Below the pieces are notes generated by a model. That model worked only from the letters and a program-made list of their open reading frames with translations. It was not told the DNA's origin and did no database searches. Shown here one piece after another: positions 35,808 through 48,080 of a stretch of 64,000 bases of DNA. Within the stretch, counting starts at the first letter, position 1. The number at the start of each line of letters is the position of its first letter. The translations under genes and the position numbers were made by a program. Source of the DNA: Eledone cirrhosa (lineage: Eukaryota); the NCBI GenBank assembly GCA_964016885.1, contig OZ024757.1, forward strand, positions 22,320,001 to 22,384,000, read 5' to 3'.

Positions 35808-37471
35808 CTTCTTTAGCATTTCCATTACTCTCTATATACTATTGTATTTTCCTGGTAAAGGTTTTATCTCACATAATATCGAATCTATTAGATTTTGATA
35901 TTATTTATTTTGAGAACAATACCTTAATATCGATATGAGTGGCCAGTAAAGGTCGGGGTGAACAGAAAGAAATGAGAGAATTCTGGCCAGATATGGCTGG
36001 TTTGAACAGAAAGGGTTGAGAGAATTCTGGCTAGATACAGCCAGTTTGAAGAGAAAAGGGTGAGAGAATTCTGGCTAGATACAGCCAGTTTGAAGAGAAA
36101 GAGGTGAGAGAATTCTGACTAGATACAGCCAGTTTGAAGAGAAAGAGGTGAGAGAATTCTGACTAGATACAGCCAGTTTGAACAGAAAGAGGTGAGAGAA
36201 TTCTGGCCAGATATGGCTGGTTTGAACAGAAATGGTTGAGAGAATTCTGGCCAGATACAGCCAGTTTGAAGAGAAAGAGGTGAGAGAATTCTGACTAGAT
36301 ACAGCCAGTTTGAACAGAAAGAGGTGAGAGAATTCTGGCCAGATATGGCTGGTTTGAACAGAAATGGTTGAGAGAATTCTGGCTAGATACAGCCAGTTTG
36401 AAGAGAAAAGGGTGAGAGAATTCTGGCCAGATACAGCCAGTTTGAAGAGAAAGAGGTGAGAGAATTCTGACTAGATACAGCCAGTTTGAACAGAAAGAGG
36501 TGAGAGAATTCTGGCCAGATATGGCTGGTTTGAACAGAAATGGTTGAGAGAATTCTGGCCAGATACAGCCAGTTTGAAGAGAAAGAGGTGAGAGAATTCT
36601 GACTAGATACAGCCAGTTTGAACAGAAAGAGGTGAGAGAATTCTGGCCAGATATGGCTGGTTTGAACAGAAATGGTTGAGAGAATTCTGGCTAGATACAG
36701 GCAGTTTGAAGAGAAAAGGGTGAGAGAATTCTGGCCAGATACAGCCAGTTTGAAGAGAAAGAGGTGAGAGAATTCTGACTCGATACAGCCAGTTTGAACA
36801 GAAAGAGGTGAGAGAATTCTGGCCAGATATGGCTGGTTTGAACAGAAATGGTTGAGAGAATTCTGGCTAGATACAGCCAGTTTGAAGAGAAAGAGGTGAG
36901 AGAATTCTGACTAGATACAGCCAGTTTGAACAGAAAGAGGTGAGAGAATTCTGGCCAGATATGGCTGGTTTGAACAGAAAGAGGTGAGAGAATTCTGGCC
37001 AGATATGGCTGGTTTGAACAGAAAGGGTTGAGAGAATTCTGGCTAGATACAGCCAGTTTGAAGAGAAAAGGGTGAGAGAATTCTGGCCAGATACAGCCAG
37101 TTTGAAGAGAAAGAGGTGAGAGAATTCTGACTAGATACAGCCAGTTTGAACAGAAAGAGGTGAGAGAATTCTGACTAGATACAGCCAGTTTGAACAGAAA
37201 GAGGTGAGAGAATTCTGGCCAGATATGGCTGGTTTGAACAGAAATGGTTGAGAGAATTCTGGCTAGATACAGCCAGTTTGAAGAGAAAAGGGTGAGAGAA
37301 TTCTGGCCAGATACAGCCAGTTTGAAGAGAAAGAGGTGAGAGAATTCTGGCCAGATATGGCTGGTTTGAACAGAAAGAGGTGAGAGAATTCTGGCCGGAT
37401 ATGGCTGGTTTGAACAGAAAGAGATGAGAGAATTCTGGCTAGATACAGCTGGTTTAAATGCCAAAGGGTTA
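35808..37471 (+). repeat. piggyBac-type MITE with ~34 tandem copies of a 44-bp subterminal unit
   Basis: gaattc every 44 bp (35978, 36022, 36066...). The MITE body precedes the array and the aaagggtta end follows it. Confidence 0.92.
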
Positions 37472-37942
37472 GGTGGGCTGCTAGTTTTCTAATCTTACAA
37501 AAGAAAATGGCAATTCAGGGACCTAGGACACCTGAAGTCTTGATGGCAACTGGTGAAAGTATTGCCATGGGGAATGGCCAGCAACACCTGCTGCAAAAGG
37601 CAATCTGCCGCACAGGGCTCCCCTTAGGTTAGTGGATATTTTCCCTACTTTGCGAATTGCCATTGATTTTTTGTAGTGTTGATCTATTTTCCTGTCTTCA
37701 CCTCCACAAATACTCTTGACATTTACTGCTTTCAAAACAACAACAAATGAACAAAGAAAAAGAAAGCAATTAAGAAAATAATGTTTTTTTTTCTACATGT
37801 GTATGTATGTATGTATGTATGTATGTATGTGTGTGGTGTGTAGATATGTCTGCATACATATGTATGAATTTTTGTGTATGTAAATATAAGATGATGTGTC
37901 TGTAGATGTGTATGTTTATGTGTGTAGATGAGTTCTGCCTGG

Positions 37943-37999
<57 letters not shown>

Positions 38000-38465
38000 G
38001 AGAAGGATATAAGCTGTGTGTTCGTTTGTGTATACATTTTACTCTTCAGGTATAGTGTAAAGAAGAAAAAAATTCACTTATGTTTATAAAAATAAATAGA
38101 AAACACCAGGAAGGACAATCAGCCGGCACATTCCCTCAACCTAAAGAATAACAACATCACCACTGTCTCCTAACACAGACACACACAAAACAACATGACA
38201 TTCCCTCCTTGGTCCCCTGAAAAACAAATAACCCTATCCTACACAACAACATCGATTCTATTCTCCACAAACACCCTACAACAACTAAAAAAAAAAATCG
38301 AACATAAGACAAGTTAGTGGATTCTGTAAAAGTTTCAATGCCTAAATTTTGTGTAAACTGTAATATAAGGTCTGCATCTGGTTTATACACACACACATAT
38401 ATATATAAGTATAGAAATAGTTGATTGAAATAGGTAAAAGATAAAAGTTATGTCTGTGTATATAT

Positions 38466-38812
38466 CATCATCATCATCATCATTTCATTTTACGTCTGCT
38501 TTTTCCCTGCTTGCAAGGGTGGGACGGGAACTGATTCTGGCTTGATTTCTACAGCTGGATGCCCTTCCTAACACCAACCTCATTTACAGTGAGTGCTGGG
38601 TGCTTTTTTGCCGTGGCACCTCCACGATCACTTTGCAGTGGAATGATAGGGACCCCAGCCCCTATCATCTCATTTCTACAGCTGAGTAAACTGGAGCAAT
38701 GTGAAATAAAGTGTCTTGCTCAAGGAAACAACACATCACCCGGTCTGAGAATTGAACTCACAACCTTTCGATTGCAAGGCCAATGCTCTAACCACTAAGC
38801 CATGTGCCTCCA
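38466..38812 (-). mobile_element. SINE family A, full length
   Basis: Homology to the other copies. Confidence 0.92.
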
Positions 38813-38827
38813 TCCATATATATATAT

Positions 38828-39190
38828 CATCATCATCATTTTACATCCGCTTTTCCCCTGCTTGCAAGGGTGGGACGGGAACTGATTCTGGCTTGATTTG
38901 TTCAGCTGGATGCCCTTCCTAACACCAACCTCATTTACAGTGAGTGTGGGGTACTTTTTATTCCCGTGGTGCCTCCACGACCACTTTACAGTGTGGGCTG
39001 GGTGCTTTTTTTTCCGTGGCACCTACACGACCACATTACAGTGTGGGCTGGGTGCTTTTTTTTCCGTGGCACCTACACGACCACATTACAGTGTGGGCTG
39101 GGTGCTTTTTTGCCATGGCACCTACACGTCCACTTTACAGTGTGGGCTGGGTGCTTTTGTGCACCTCCACGACAACTTTGCAGTGGTTTA
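38828..39190 (-). mobile_element. SINE family A 3' part with about 5 copies of the ~50-bp module
   Basis: tacagtgtgggctgggtgc(t)n ccgtggcacctacacgaccac repeated. Confidence 0.88.
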
Positions 39191-39198
39191 TATCATTA

Positions 39199-39486
39199 GC
39201 AGTCTTCCCCTCGATTTCTTCTGTACATCTTCTACAAGCAAAGTTCTCCCTTCCTGTTAGTCTACTTGTTATTCCACTACATCTTTTGTGTACCCAACAT
39301 TTACACTGTGTACATTAAATGGACTTTATGCCTACTCCTTTTCTGCATATTGAGCATGGCCCCTTCTCTGAGAGAATCTGGGCCCTGCCTTCTCTCCTAC
39401 TCTCTAGTACTTTAGTTTTGGCTAAGTCTACTCTGAGGCCTTTTGATTCCATATTCAGTTTCCATAATCAGAATTTATTTTCTAGC
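39199..39486 (-). pseudogene. RTE LINE ORF2 fragment with PHD-like Cys/His insertion
   Basis: LWKLNMESKGLRVDLAKTKV...PCSICRKGVG...CTQCKCWVHKRCSGI...FACRRC, with stops. Confidence 0.8.
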
Positions 39487-39559
39487 CCTTAGAAAAGACA
39501 AAATAGATGATGAGGTTCAATGAAGATATATATTAGTTTCATGCTTAATATAGTAAGAA

Positions 39560-39600
39560 TAGTCCTAACGTTTCAGACGCTAGTCCTTCATCAGATTATA
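39560..39600 (-). ncRNA. Degenerate hammerhead core (stem I lost)
   Basis: Minus strand: CTGATGA aggac tagc gtct GAAAC GTT. A more decayed paralogue with similar flanks lies at about 62957-62995. Confidence 0.45.
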
Positions 39601-39706
39601 AAATGAAAAATTAAAGAAGAAATAGAGCGTTAGAAGAGAGTAAGCAAGGGTAGAAATAAAAAAGATTTTTTGAGAAAAGCTGGTCTGTTCATTTTGCCAC
39701 TCCCGC

Positions 39707-39762
<56 letters not shown>

Positions 39763-40041
39763 CCCCTGTGTTTTATAGTATGCATGATTATGTATATGTA
39801 AATATGTTTGTGTGTGTGTGTACATATGTGTTGTGCGTAACATAGATACTAATTATCTGCTATTCAATCTAACACCAAGCATTTTCAATAGACATGTGAT
39901 TGTCACTTTGAAATTACATTACAGTGTGTGTGTGTGTGTGTGTGAGGGGGTGGGGGTGATAGAGTATATAAGTCACATACTTCAGGATTTAAAGTCAGGT
40001 TAAAAGTAACATTTAAGATAAAATATTCAATGTTTAGATAC

Positions 40042-40081
<40 letters not shown>

Positions 40082-40719
40082 TTCATTCAACCATTTTCTT
40101 TGAATTTAAGATATATGTGCATGTGTGTTGATAAAATGTTTATTGTTCATCTATAACGCTGCAGGCTTCTACAATAAAATTTGTTACAACTGACTAAAAA
40201 TATCTTTTCACGATCTGTTTTGGATAAATTATCCTTCTAGCTCTAGTTGGTAGTTGCTAATATTTGCTCCCTTCTAGACTTTGAATTTGTATAGGTCCTC
40301 CTCACACAAACCAAAACAAAGCATATGAGCAGGAGCTAGTTACCTGGCCAGCCGGGCTTCAGCACGCAACAGTCATCTAACCCATGCAGGCAGGGAAAAT
40401 AGACATTAAACTGTGATGTTGCTGACGATGATATATGTGTTGTATTGTTAAACTATAGTGCTGCAGGGTTCTATAGTAAAATTGGTGGCAACTGACTATA
40501 TATAGCTTTACACAATTTATTTTGGATAAAATATCCTTCTAGCTTTAGTAGCCATTTGTTGATATTTGCACCCTTCTAGACTATTTGTATAGGCCCTACT
40601 TATATGCTTTTGTTTTTGCTGTAGAAACCAAGCCAAAACAAAGTGTATGAACAGGACCTAGTCACTTGACCAGTCCAGATTCAGCAGATGATGACCATCT
40701 AGATGTCAAATGGTGATGT

Positions 40720-40738
40720 TGATGATGATGATATATGT

Positions 40739-40769
<31 letters not shown>

Positions 40770-40796
40770 CGTGTGTGTTGATGATGATGATGATGA

Positions 40797-40843
<47 letters not shown>

Positions 40844-41088
40844 TGATGATGATGATATATGTATATATATATGTGTGTGTGTGTTGATGCTGATGTTGAT
40901 GATGATGATATATATATGTATATATATATGTGTTGATGATGATGATGATATATATATATGTATATATATGTATATTTGTGTGTGTTGATGATGATGATAT
41001 ATATATATATATATATGTGTGTGTTGATGATGATGATATATATGTATATATATATATATATGTATATATGTGTGTGTGTTGATGCTGA

Positions 41089-41130
<42 letters not shown>

Positions 41131-41179
41131 TGATGTTGATGATGATATATATATATATATGTGTGTGTTGATGTTGATG

Positions 41180-41222
<43 letters not shown>

Positions 41223-41288
41223 ATGATGATGATATATATGTATGTATATATATATATATGTGTGTGTGTTGATGTTGATGATGATATA

Positions 41289-41337
<49 letters not shown>

Positions 41338-41340
41338 TGA
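40720..41340. repeat. Compound (GAT)n-(TA)n-(TG)n minisatellite
   Basis: Direct reading. Confidence 0.92.
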
Positions 41341-41789
41341 AACATGTTTATTGTTAAACTATTTCTCAGCAGGGTTTTACAGGGAAATTTCTTTCGATAG
41401 AATAAAAATACTTTCATATAATTTGTTTTGGATAAATCTTCCTTCTAGCTTTATCTGACAATAGTTAAGGTTTGCTCCCTTTTAGAGCATCTTTCAGGTC
41501 CCAGGATACACAACCGTTGTGTGTCCATCCCAAGCCTCCCAGGATGTGTTGCAGGCCCATTGCTAGACTTTTCATCATTGAGTAGACACTGCAGTATAGT
41601 TCTTGAACAGGGCCCCATCTAGTTAATGTATTGTCCTTTGTTAAGCCATGTGAAGGAGGGTGCCATATGATTATTCATATTCAATCCAACAATCCAACCG
41701 TGACCTCTGGCGTCACGCAGTAATACAGAGTACCCGACCTCCCATGGGTACAAGCTGAAGCATATAGACAATATGCCCCCACACCCCCC

Positions 41790-42055
41790 ACCGCAAGGTG
41801 GTCGTGGAGGTGCCACGCCAAAAAAGCACCCAGCTCACACTGTAAAGTGGACGTGTAGGCGCCACGAAAAAGCACCCAGCACTCACTGTAAATGAGGTTG
41901 GTGTTAGGAAGGGCATCCAGCTGTAGAAATCAAGCCAAATCAGTTCCTGTATGAGCAAGGCATGGTCAGCCGACCAGACACTGCCCACAACAGGACAACC
42001 CGTCTAACCCATGCTAGCGTGGAAGAACGGACGTAAAACGGTGATGATGATGATA
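41790..42055 (+). mobile_element. SINE A-related 3' part with two ~50-bp modules
   Basis: Homology to family A and to the 28620-28763 tail. Confidence 0.82.
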
Positions 42056-42177
42056 AATCTCAAGAATAAGTGAAGAAGGAGGAGGAGAATGAGGAGGAAA
42101 AGAAGAAGACACAACTATTGTACATCCATCCGATGCTTCCCAGGACAGTTTGTAAACCCATCACCAGTCCTTTAGAT

Positions 42178-42676
42178 CAGTGCTACTCAAAGTGGTGGTC
42201 CACGGACTGGTGCCGGAACGCGAGCCATCAGCTACCGGTGCGTGGCCAGTGTCCAGGCCATGCTAAGGAATCATTTGAGGAATTTTTTTTATTACTTTTT
42301 TTATATGTTTTGATATTGTATTATTTGGTGAATTGGCAGTATCGGTAGAGGGTTGGATTATGCTTTCCAGCATAGTTACGTCCCTTTACGATCTGAGTTC
42401 AATTCCCGCCGAGGTTAACTTTGCCTTTCATCCTTACGGGGTCGATAAAATAAAGTACCAGTAATGCACTGGATAATTGCTGGCCTTGTGCCAAAAACTA
42501 GAAACAATTATTTGTTTACAAAATAAATAGAAGATAAAAGAATGGTCAACTATTATTATATTCATTATATATATCGTTTCCGGTATAAATTAATATTACT
42601 ACGAAATATTAGCGGTACATGGCACATTGAAAAAAAAAATGACGGTCCGCCACATCAGATAGTTTGAGAAGTACTG
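42178..42676 (+). mobile_element. Non-autonomous hAT (Charlie-like) transposon with nested SINE B (~42327-42512)
   Basis: Ends cagtgctactcaaa / tttgagaagtactg, with an 8-bp TSD ctttagat/ctttagac. Confidence 0.85.
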
Positions 42677-42717
42677 CTTTAGACATTGGATATAGACTGC
42701 AATATATTTTTTCAAAA

Positions 42718-43117
42718 AGGCCTTTAGTGAGTTGGTGACAGGGTTATTTACTTTGGTAAACACCACTGCAGGCCAACCACTAATTTAATTCGATACAGAT
42801 ATAATAAGATTATAACAAACTCGCTCGTGAGTGAACTGTCCGAGAGCCGGTTGCCAAGAAAAGCCAAGATGTCACTTTTCTCCCTCTTTTATAATTCCTA
42901 GAACGGAAGTTCAAGGAATCCTCTAGAATTCAACGGGAAGTAACTCCAGCTACTTCCCTTTGTCTAGAGAACGCTACAAGACTCCCCTCTCAGATGAAAG
43001 TCTCATTTCATTGCCTGACATACCTCGCACATACACTCCCACACCATTAAATTAGTGGTTGACCTGCAGTGGTGTTTACCAAAGTAAATAGCCCTGTGAC
43101 TAACTCACTAAAGGCCT
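42718..43117. mobile_element. Unclassified element with 72-bp inverted termini
   Basis: Arms 42718-42789 and 43046-43117 have 4 mismatches. No TSD seen. Confidence 0.65.
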
Positions 43118-43224
43118 GTCGACCCAAGACCTGAATGCAACTCGTTGCCTTATGTATAAGATGATACAGTATGATTATTTTTATTCAATATGGCCCTCTA
43201 GGTATTAAGTGGGGGAGGAAGAAG

Positions 43225-43570
43225 TTCATTGAAGCAACTTCTGCTTCACCCACTTATTCCCCAAGTAAGACCAGCTAAGCTCATTGATGTTATCTAGTGG
43301 GGTCTAGCTCTGGGTCTCCTGTTGGTCGGTTTTGCCCATAAAATCTGTCAAGCAATTCTTTCCTGAAACATTCTATCCACATGTCCATAATATCAGAGCT
43401 GTGATCCCTCAATTCAGAGAAGTTGTGGCTCTACCTGCAGTGACTCTCTAATCTCTAAGCTACAAATATATCCTGTAACTCTTTCCTGAGACATTCTAAC
43501 CACATGTCCGTAATATCAGAGCTGAGATCCCTCAATTCAGAGAAGTAGCGGCTCTACCTATAGTGACTGT
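43225..43570 (-). pseudogene. RTE-clade LINE 3' remnant with partial duplication
   Basis: IRESLQVEPQLL*IEGSQL*YYGHVDRMFQE on the minus strand. The segment repeats at 43478-43570. Confidence 0.7.
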
Positions 43571-44084
43571 CCATCTAAATGATTTAATCCTGCTGTTGAA
43601 TAAATTACTTTTCTGAAGTGGATTTCAAAAGATCCGTTGACCACACCATAAGATTTGAGACTAAATTAAGAAGAAGAAGAATTAACGATATATCTGGAAC
43701 ATATCCGTTGTTCTAGGGAAAGATAGAAAATCTTTTTAAATAACACATTATCATTGTTGTATTTATTTAGTGTTTAATTAACCCTTTGTGATAACAACCC
43801 AGCTGAAACCTTAGTGAGAGAGAGGGGAGGGGAGGGAGATACAGACAGTCAGAGGAAGAGGGGGGGAGAGATAGACAGTCAGAGGGAGAGGGGGAGTGAG
43901 AGAGAGAGAAGGTAAAGGAGATAGAAAGAACAAGGAAGGAGGGGGGAGTGAAGGAGAGAAGGTGAAGGAGAGAGAGAGAGAGAGAGAGAGAGATGGGGAG
44001 GGGTAGAGATATGTAATCAGCTGTGATTATTTACAGTATCTGGTTGATAAACTGCTGCTGTTGCTGAAGATGAAGGTGACAACT

Positions 44085-45750
44085 GATGGTGGTGGTGGTG
44101 GGGGGGGGGGGGGGTGATGTATGTATTGGAGTGGGTGGTGGTGGTGGTGTTATATTGTAGTGGGTGGTGATATATTGTGGTGGTGGTGGTGGTGGTGGTG
44201 GCGGTAGTAGTGGTGGTGGTGGGGGTGTGGTGGTAGTGGTGGTGGTGATATGTTGTGGTGGTGGTGGTGGTGGTGGTGATATGTTGTAGTGGTGGGGATG
44301 TGGTGGTAGTAGTGGTGGTGGTGGTGGTGATATATTGTGGTGGTGGTGATATGTTGTGGTGGTGGGGGTGTGGTGGTGGTGGTGGTGATATGTTGTAGTG
44401 GTGGGGATGTGGTGGTAGTAGTGGTGGTGGTGGTGGTGGTGATATGTTGTAGTGGTGGGGATGTGGTGGTAGTAGTGGTGGTGGTGGTGGTGATATATTG
44501 TGGTGGTGGTGATATGTTGTGGTGGTGGGGGTGTGGTGGTGGTGATATGTTGTAGTGGTGGGGATGTGGTGGTAGTAGTGGTGGTGGTGGTGGTGATATA
44601 TTGTGGTGGTGGTGATATGTTGTGGTGGTGGGGGTGTGGTGGTGGTGGTGGTGATATGTTGTAGTGGTGGGGATGTGGTGGTAGTAGTGGTGGTGGTGGT
44701 GGTGGTGATATGTTGTAGTGGTGGGGATGTGGTGGTAGTAGTGGTGGTGGTGGTGGTGATATATTGTGGTGGTGGTGATATGTTGTGGTGGTGGGGGTGT
44801 GGTGGTGGTGGTGGTGATATGTTGTAGTGGTGGGGATGTGGTGGTAGTAGTGGTGGTGGTGGTGGTGGTGATATGTTGTGGTGGTGGTGGTGGTGGTGGT
44901 GGTGGTGATATGTTGTAGTGGTGGGGATGTGGTGGTAGTAGTGGTGGTGGTGGTGGTGGTGATATATTGTGGTGGTGGTGATATGTTGTGGTGGTGGGGG
45001 TTTGGTGGTGGTGGTGGTGATATGTTGTAGTGGTGGGGATGTGGTGGTAGTAGTGGTGGTGGTGGTGGTGGTGATATATTGTGGTGGTGGTGATATGTTG
45101 TGGTGGTGGGGGTGTGGTGGTGGTGGTGGTGATATGTTGTAGTGGTGGGGATGTGGTGGTAGTAGTGGTGGTGGTGGTGGTGGTGATATATTGTGGTGGT
45201 GGTGATATGTTGTGGTGGTGGGGGTGTGGTGGTGGTGGTGGTGATATGTTGTAGTGGTGGGGATGTGGTGGTAGTAGTGGTGGTGGTGGTGGTGATATAT
45301 TGTGGTGGTGGTGATATGTTGTGGTGGTGGGGGTGTGGTGGTGGTGATATGTTGTAGTGGTGGGGATGTGGTGGTGGTGGTGGTGATATGTTGTGGTGGT
45401 GGGGGTGTGGTGGTGGTGATATGTTGTAGTGGTGGGGATGTGGTGGTGGTGGTGGTGATATGTTGTAGTGGTGGGGATGTGGTGGTGGTGGTGGTGATAT
45501 GTTGTGGTGGTGGGGGTGTGGTGGTGGTGGTGGTGATATGTTGTAGTGGTGGGGGTGTGGTGGTGGGGGTGGGGGTGATATGTTGTGGTGGTGGTGATAT
45601 GTTGTATGGTGGGGATGTGGTGGTAGTAGTGGTGGTGGTGGTGATATATTGTCGTGGTGGTGGTGGGGATGTGGTGGTGGGATGTGGTGGTGGTGGTGAT
45701 ATGTTGTTGTGGTGGGGGTGTGGGGGGTAGTGGTGGTGGTGGTGGTGGCT
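44085..45750. repeat. (GGT)n-based minisatellite with gatatgttg / gatatattg interruptions
   Basis: Direct reading. It explains the P/T/H ORFs. Confidence 0.95.
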
Positions 45751-45779
45751 GTCAACAATGGTGTCAAGATAGACAGACA

Positions 45780-46765
45780 TCACTGTCTCTTTCTATTTCT
45801 CTCTCTCCCTGTTTCTATCACAATCTCTCTCTCTTTCTTTCTTTCTCTCTGTCTTTGTGTCTCAGTCTCTCCTCTTTTCTCTTCCTCTCACTCTTTCTCT
45901 CCCCTCTATCTCTCTGTCTATCTGTTTCAGTCACTCCCTCTGTCTCTTTTTCTCCCTCTCTCCCTCTCTCTTCCCCTCTTTCTTTCCTCCCCCACTCCTT
46001 ATCTTGCTGTCTCTCACTCTCCCCTTCTCTTATTCCCCCCTCTCTCTCTCCTTATCTTTCTGTCTCTCACTTTCCCCTTCTCTTATCCCCCTCTCTCTCC
46101 TTATCTTTCTGTCTCTCACTCTCCCCTTCTCTTATCCCCCCCTCTCCCTCTCTCTCTCTCTCTCTCTCTCCTTATCTTTCTGTCTCTCACTCTCCCCTTC
46201 TCTTATCCCCCCTCTCTCTCTCCTTATCTTTCTGTCTCTCACTCTCCCCTTCTCTTATCCCCCCTCTTTCTACTTATCTTTCTGTCTCTCACCTTCTCTT
46301 ATCCCCCCTCTCTCTCCTTATCTTTCTGTCTCTCACTCTCCCCTTCTCTTATCCCCCCCCCTCTCTCTCTCTCTCCTTATCTTTCTGTCTCTCACTCTCC
46401 CCTTCTCTTATCCCCCCTCTCTCTTCTTATCTTTCTGTCTCTCACTCTCCCCTTCTCTTATCCCCCCTCTCTCTCTCTCTCTCTCCTTATCTTTCTGTCT
46501 CTCACTCTCCTTCTCTTATCCCCCACCCCCCTCTCTCTCCTTATCTTTCTGTCACTCATCTCCCCTTCTCTTACCCCCCCCCCCTCTCTCCTTATCTTTC
46601 TGTCTCTCACTCTCCCCTTCTCTTATCCCCCTCTCTCTCTCTCCTTATCTTTCTGTCTCTCACTCTCCCCTTCTCTGCCCACCCCCTCTCTCTCCTTATC
46701 TTTCTGTCTCTCACTCTTCCCTTCTCTTATCCCCCCTCTCTCTCACTCACTCCCTCTCTCCCTGT
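45780..46765. repeat. Polypyrimidine minisatellite (ccttatctttctgtctctcactctccccttctcttatcccc...)
   Basis: About 50-65-bp unit, direct reading. Confidence 0.92.
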
Positions 46766-46776
46766 CTGTTGACCAG

Positions 46777-46836
46777 TCTACAGTACAACAGAGGTAGATA
46801 TTGACCTGGAAGAAGCAGTGGTCAGTTTCACAGATG
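46777..46836 (+). CDS. Candidate 60-nt exon (phase 1-1), peptide YSTTEVDIDLEEAVVSFTD
   Basis: Follows a pyrimidine tract plus gaccag, has donor gtcagt and an open frame. No homology recognised. Confidence 0.27.
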
Positions 46837-46949
46837 GTCAGTGAAGGGGAGGAGGGGGAGCTCAATGTTTCTGCCAAAACTAAATATTTGATGAACATAT
46901 CTTATTGATTATTGATCTTAGCTCATCATTGCATTTACAGATGTGTTAG

Positions 46950-47600
46950 TTACCACCACCACTACTACCACTTCTTCCACCACTGCCAAAACCACCACCA
47001 CCACCACCATCACTGCCAACACCACCACTACCACCACCACCACTATCACCACTGCCACCACCATCTCAGCCAACACCACCACCCCCACCACTACCACTAC
47101 CACCACTACCACCCTCACCACCATCACTGCCAACACCACCACTACCACCACTAGCACCACTGCCAACACTCCCACTGCCAACACCACCACTGCCCCCCCC
47201 CCCCACCACTAGCACCCCCATCACTGCCAACACCACCACTACCACTGCCACCACCACCACTACTGCCAACACACCCACTGCCATCACTACCACCACCACC
47301 ACCATCACTGCCAACACCACCACTACCACTGCCACCACTACCACCACTGCCACCATCACTACCACTGCCACCACCACCACCACTAGAACCACTGCCAACA
47401 CTCCCAACACCACCACTGCCACCACCACCACCACCACTAGCACCACTGCCAACACCACCACTACCCCCCTCCCCCACCACTAGCACCACTGCCACCACTA
47501 CCACTGCCACCCCTACCACTAACACCACTACTGCCACCACCATCACTACCACCACTACCACCACTACCACCACTACCGCCACTACTGCCACCACCATCAC
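46950..47600. repeat. (CAC)n-rich tract
   Basis: Direct reading. Confidence 0.92.
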
Positions 47601-48080
47601 TGGTGAACATAGATAGATAGATATCTTTCAGATAGATAGATAGATAGATAGATAGGTAAAGCAATAAATAGATGACCATTGAGAAGTGTTGACATATTAA
47701 GATTGTATACTTGACATATAAAGACAACCTTTACGCCTGTTGAATGAATACTTCAGCGAAATGCTATTGAGGACTAACAGAATACTTCTAAAATGGAATG
47801 AAAAACAAAAAAACAAAAAAAAAATTTTTTCAAAATAGGTTTTGTTGTTTCATTCTGATTGGTCCATCACCATCATCATTTTATATATACATTTACATTT
47901 TCATGCTAACAAGAGCTGGACAGGACATTTTGAGGCTTTTTATTTCTATAGTCAGATACCATTCCTGGTGTCAACTCAAATTTTATTTATATGTCTAGTA
48001 TATACTATTCATCTTCATCAAACTGCTACACTGTGGACCACATTGTATAGTAAGGCTGTAAACAAATCCCATTGCTTCCT

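Noticed and set aside
41695-41765. HDV-like ribozyme (acc-tcccatg-ggt)
   Set aside because: No matching P1 5' strand or J1/4 GG found, only simple hairpins.
44017-46804. Long P/T/H and L/S/P ORFs
   Set aside because: Open in several frames on simple repeats.
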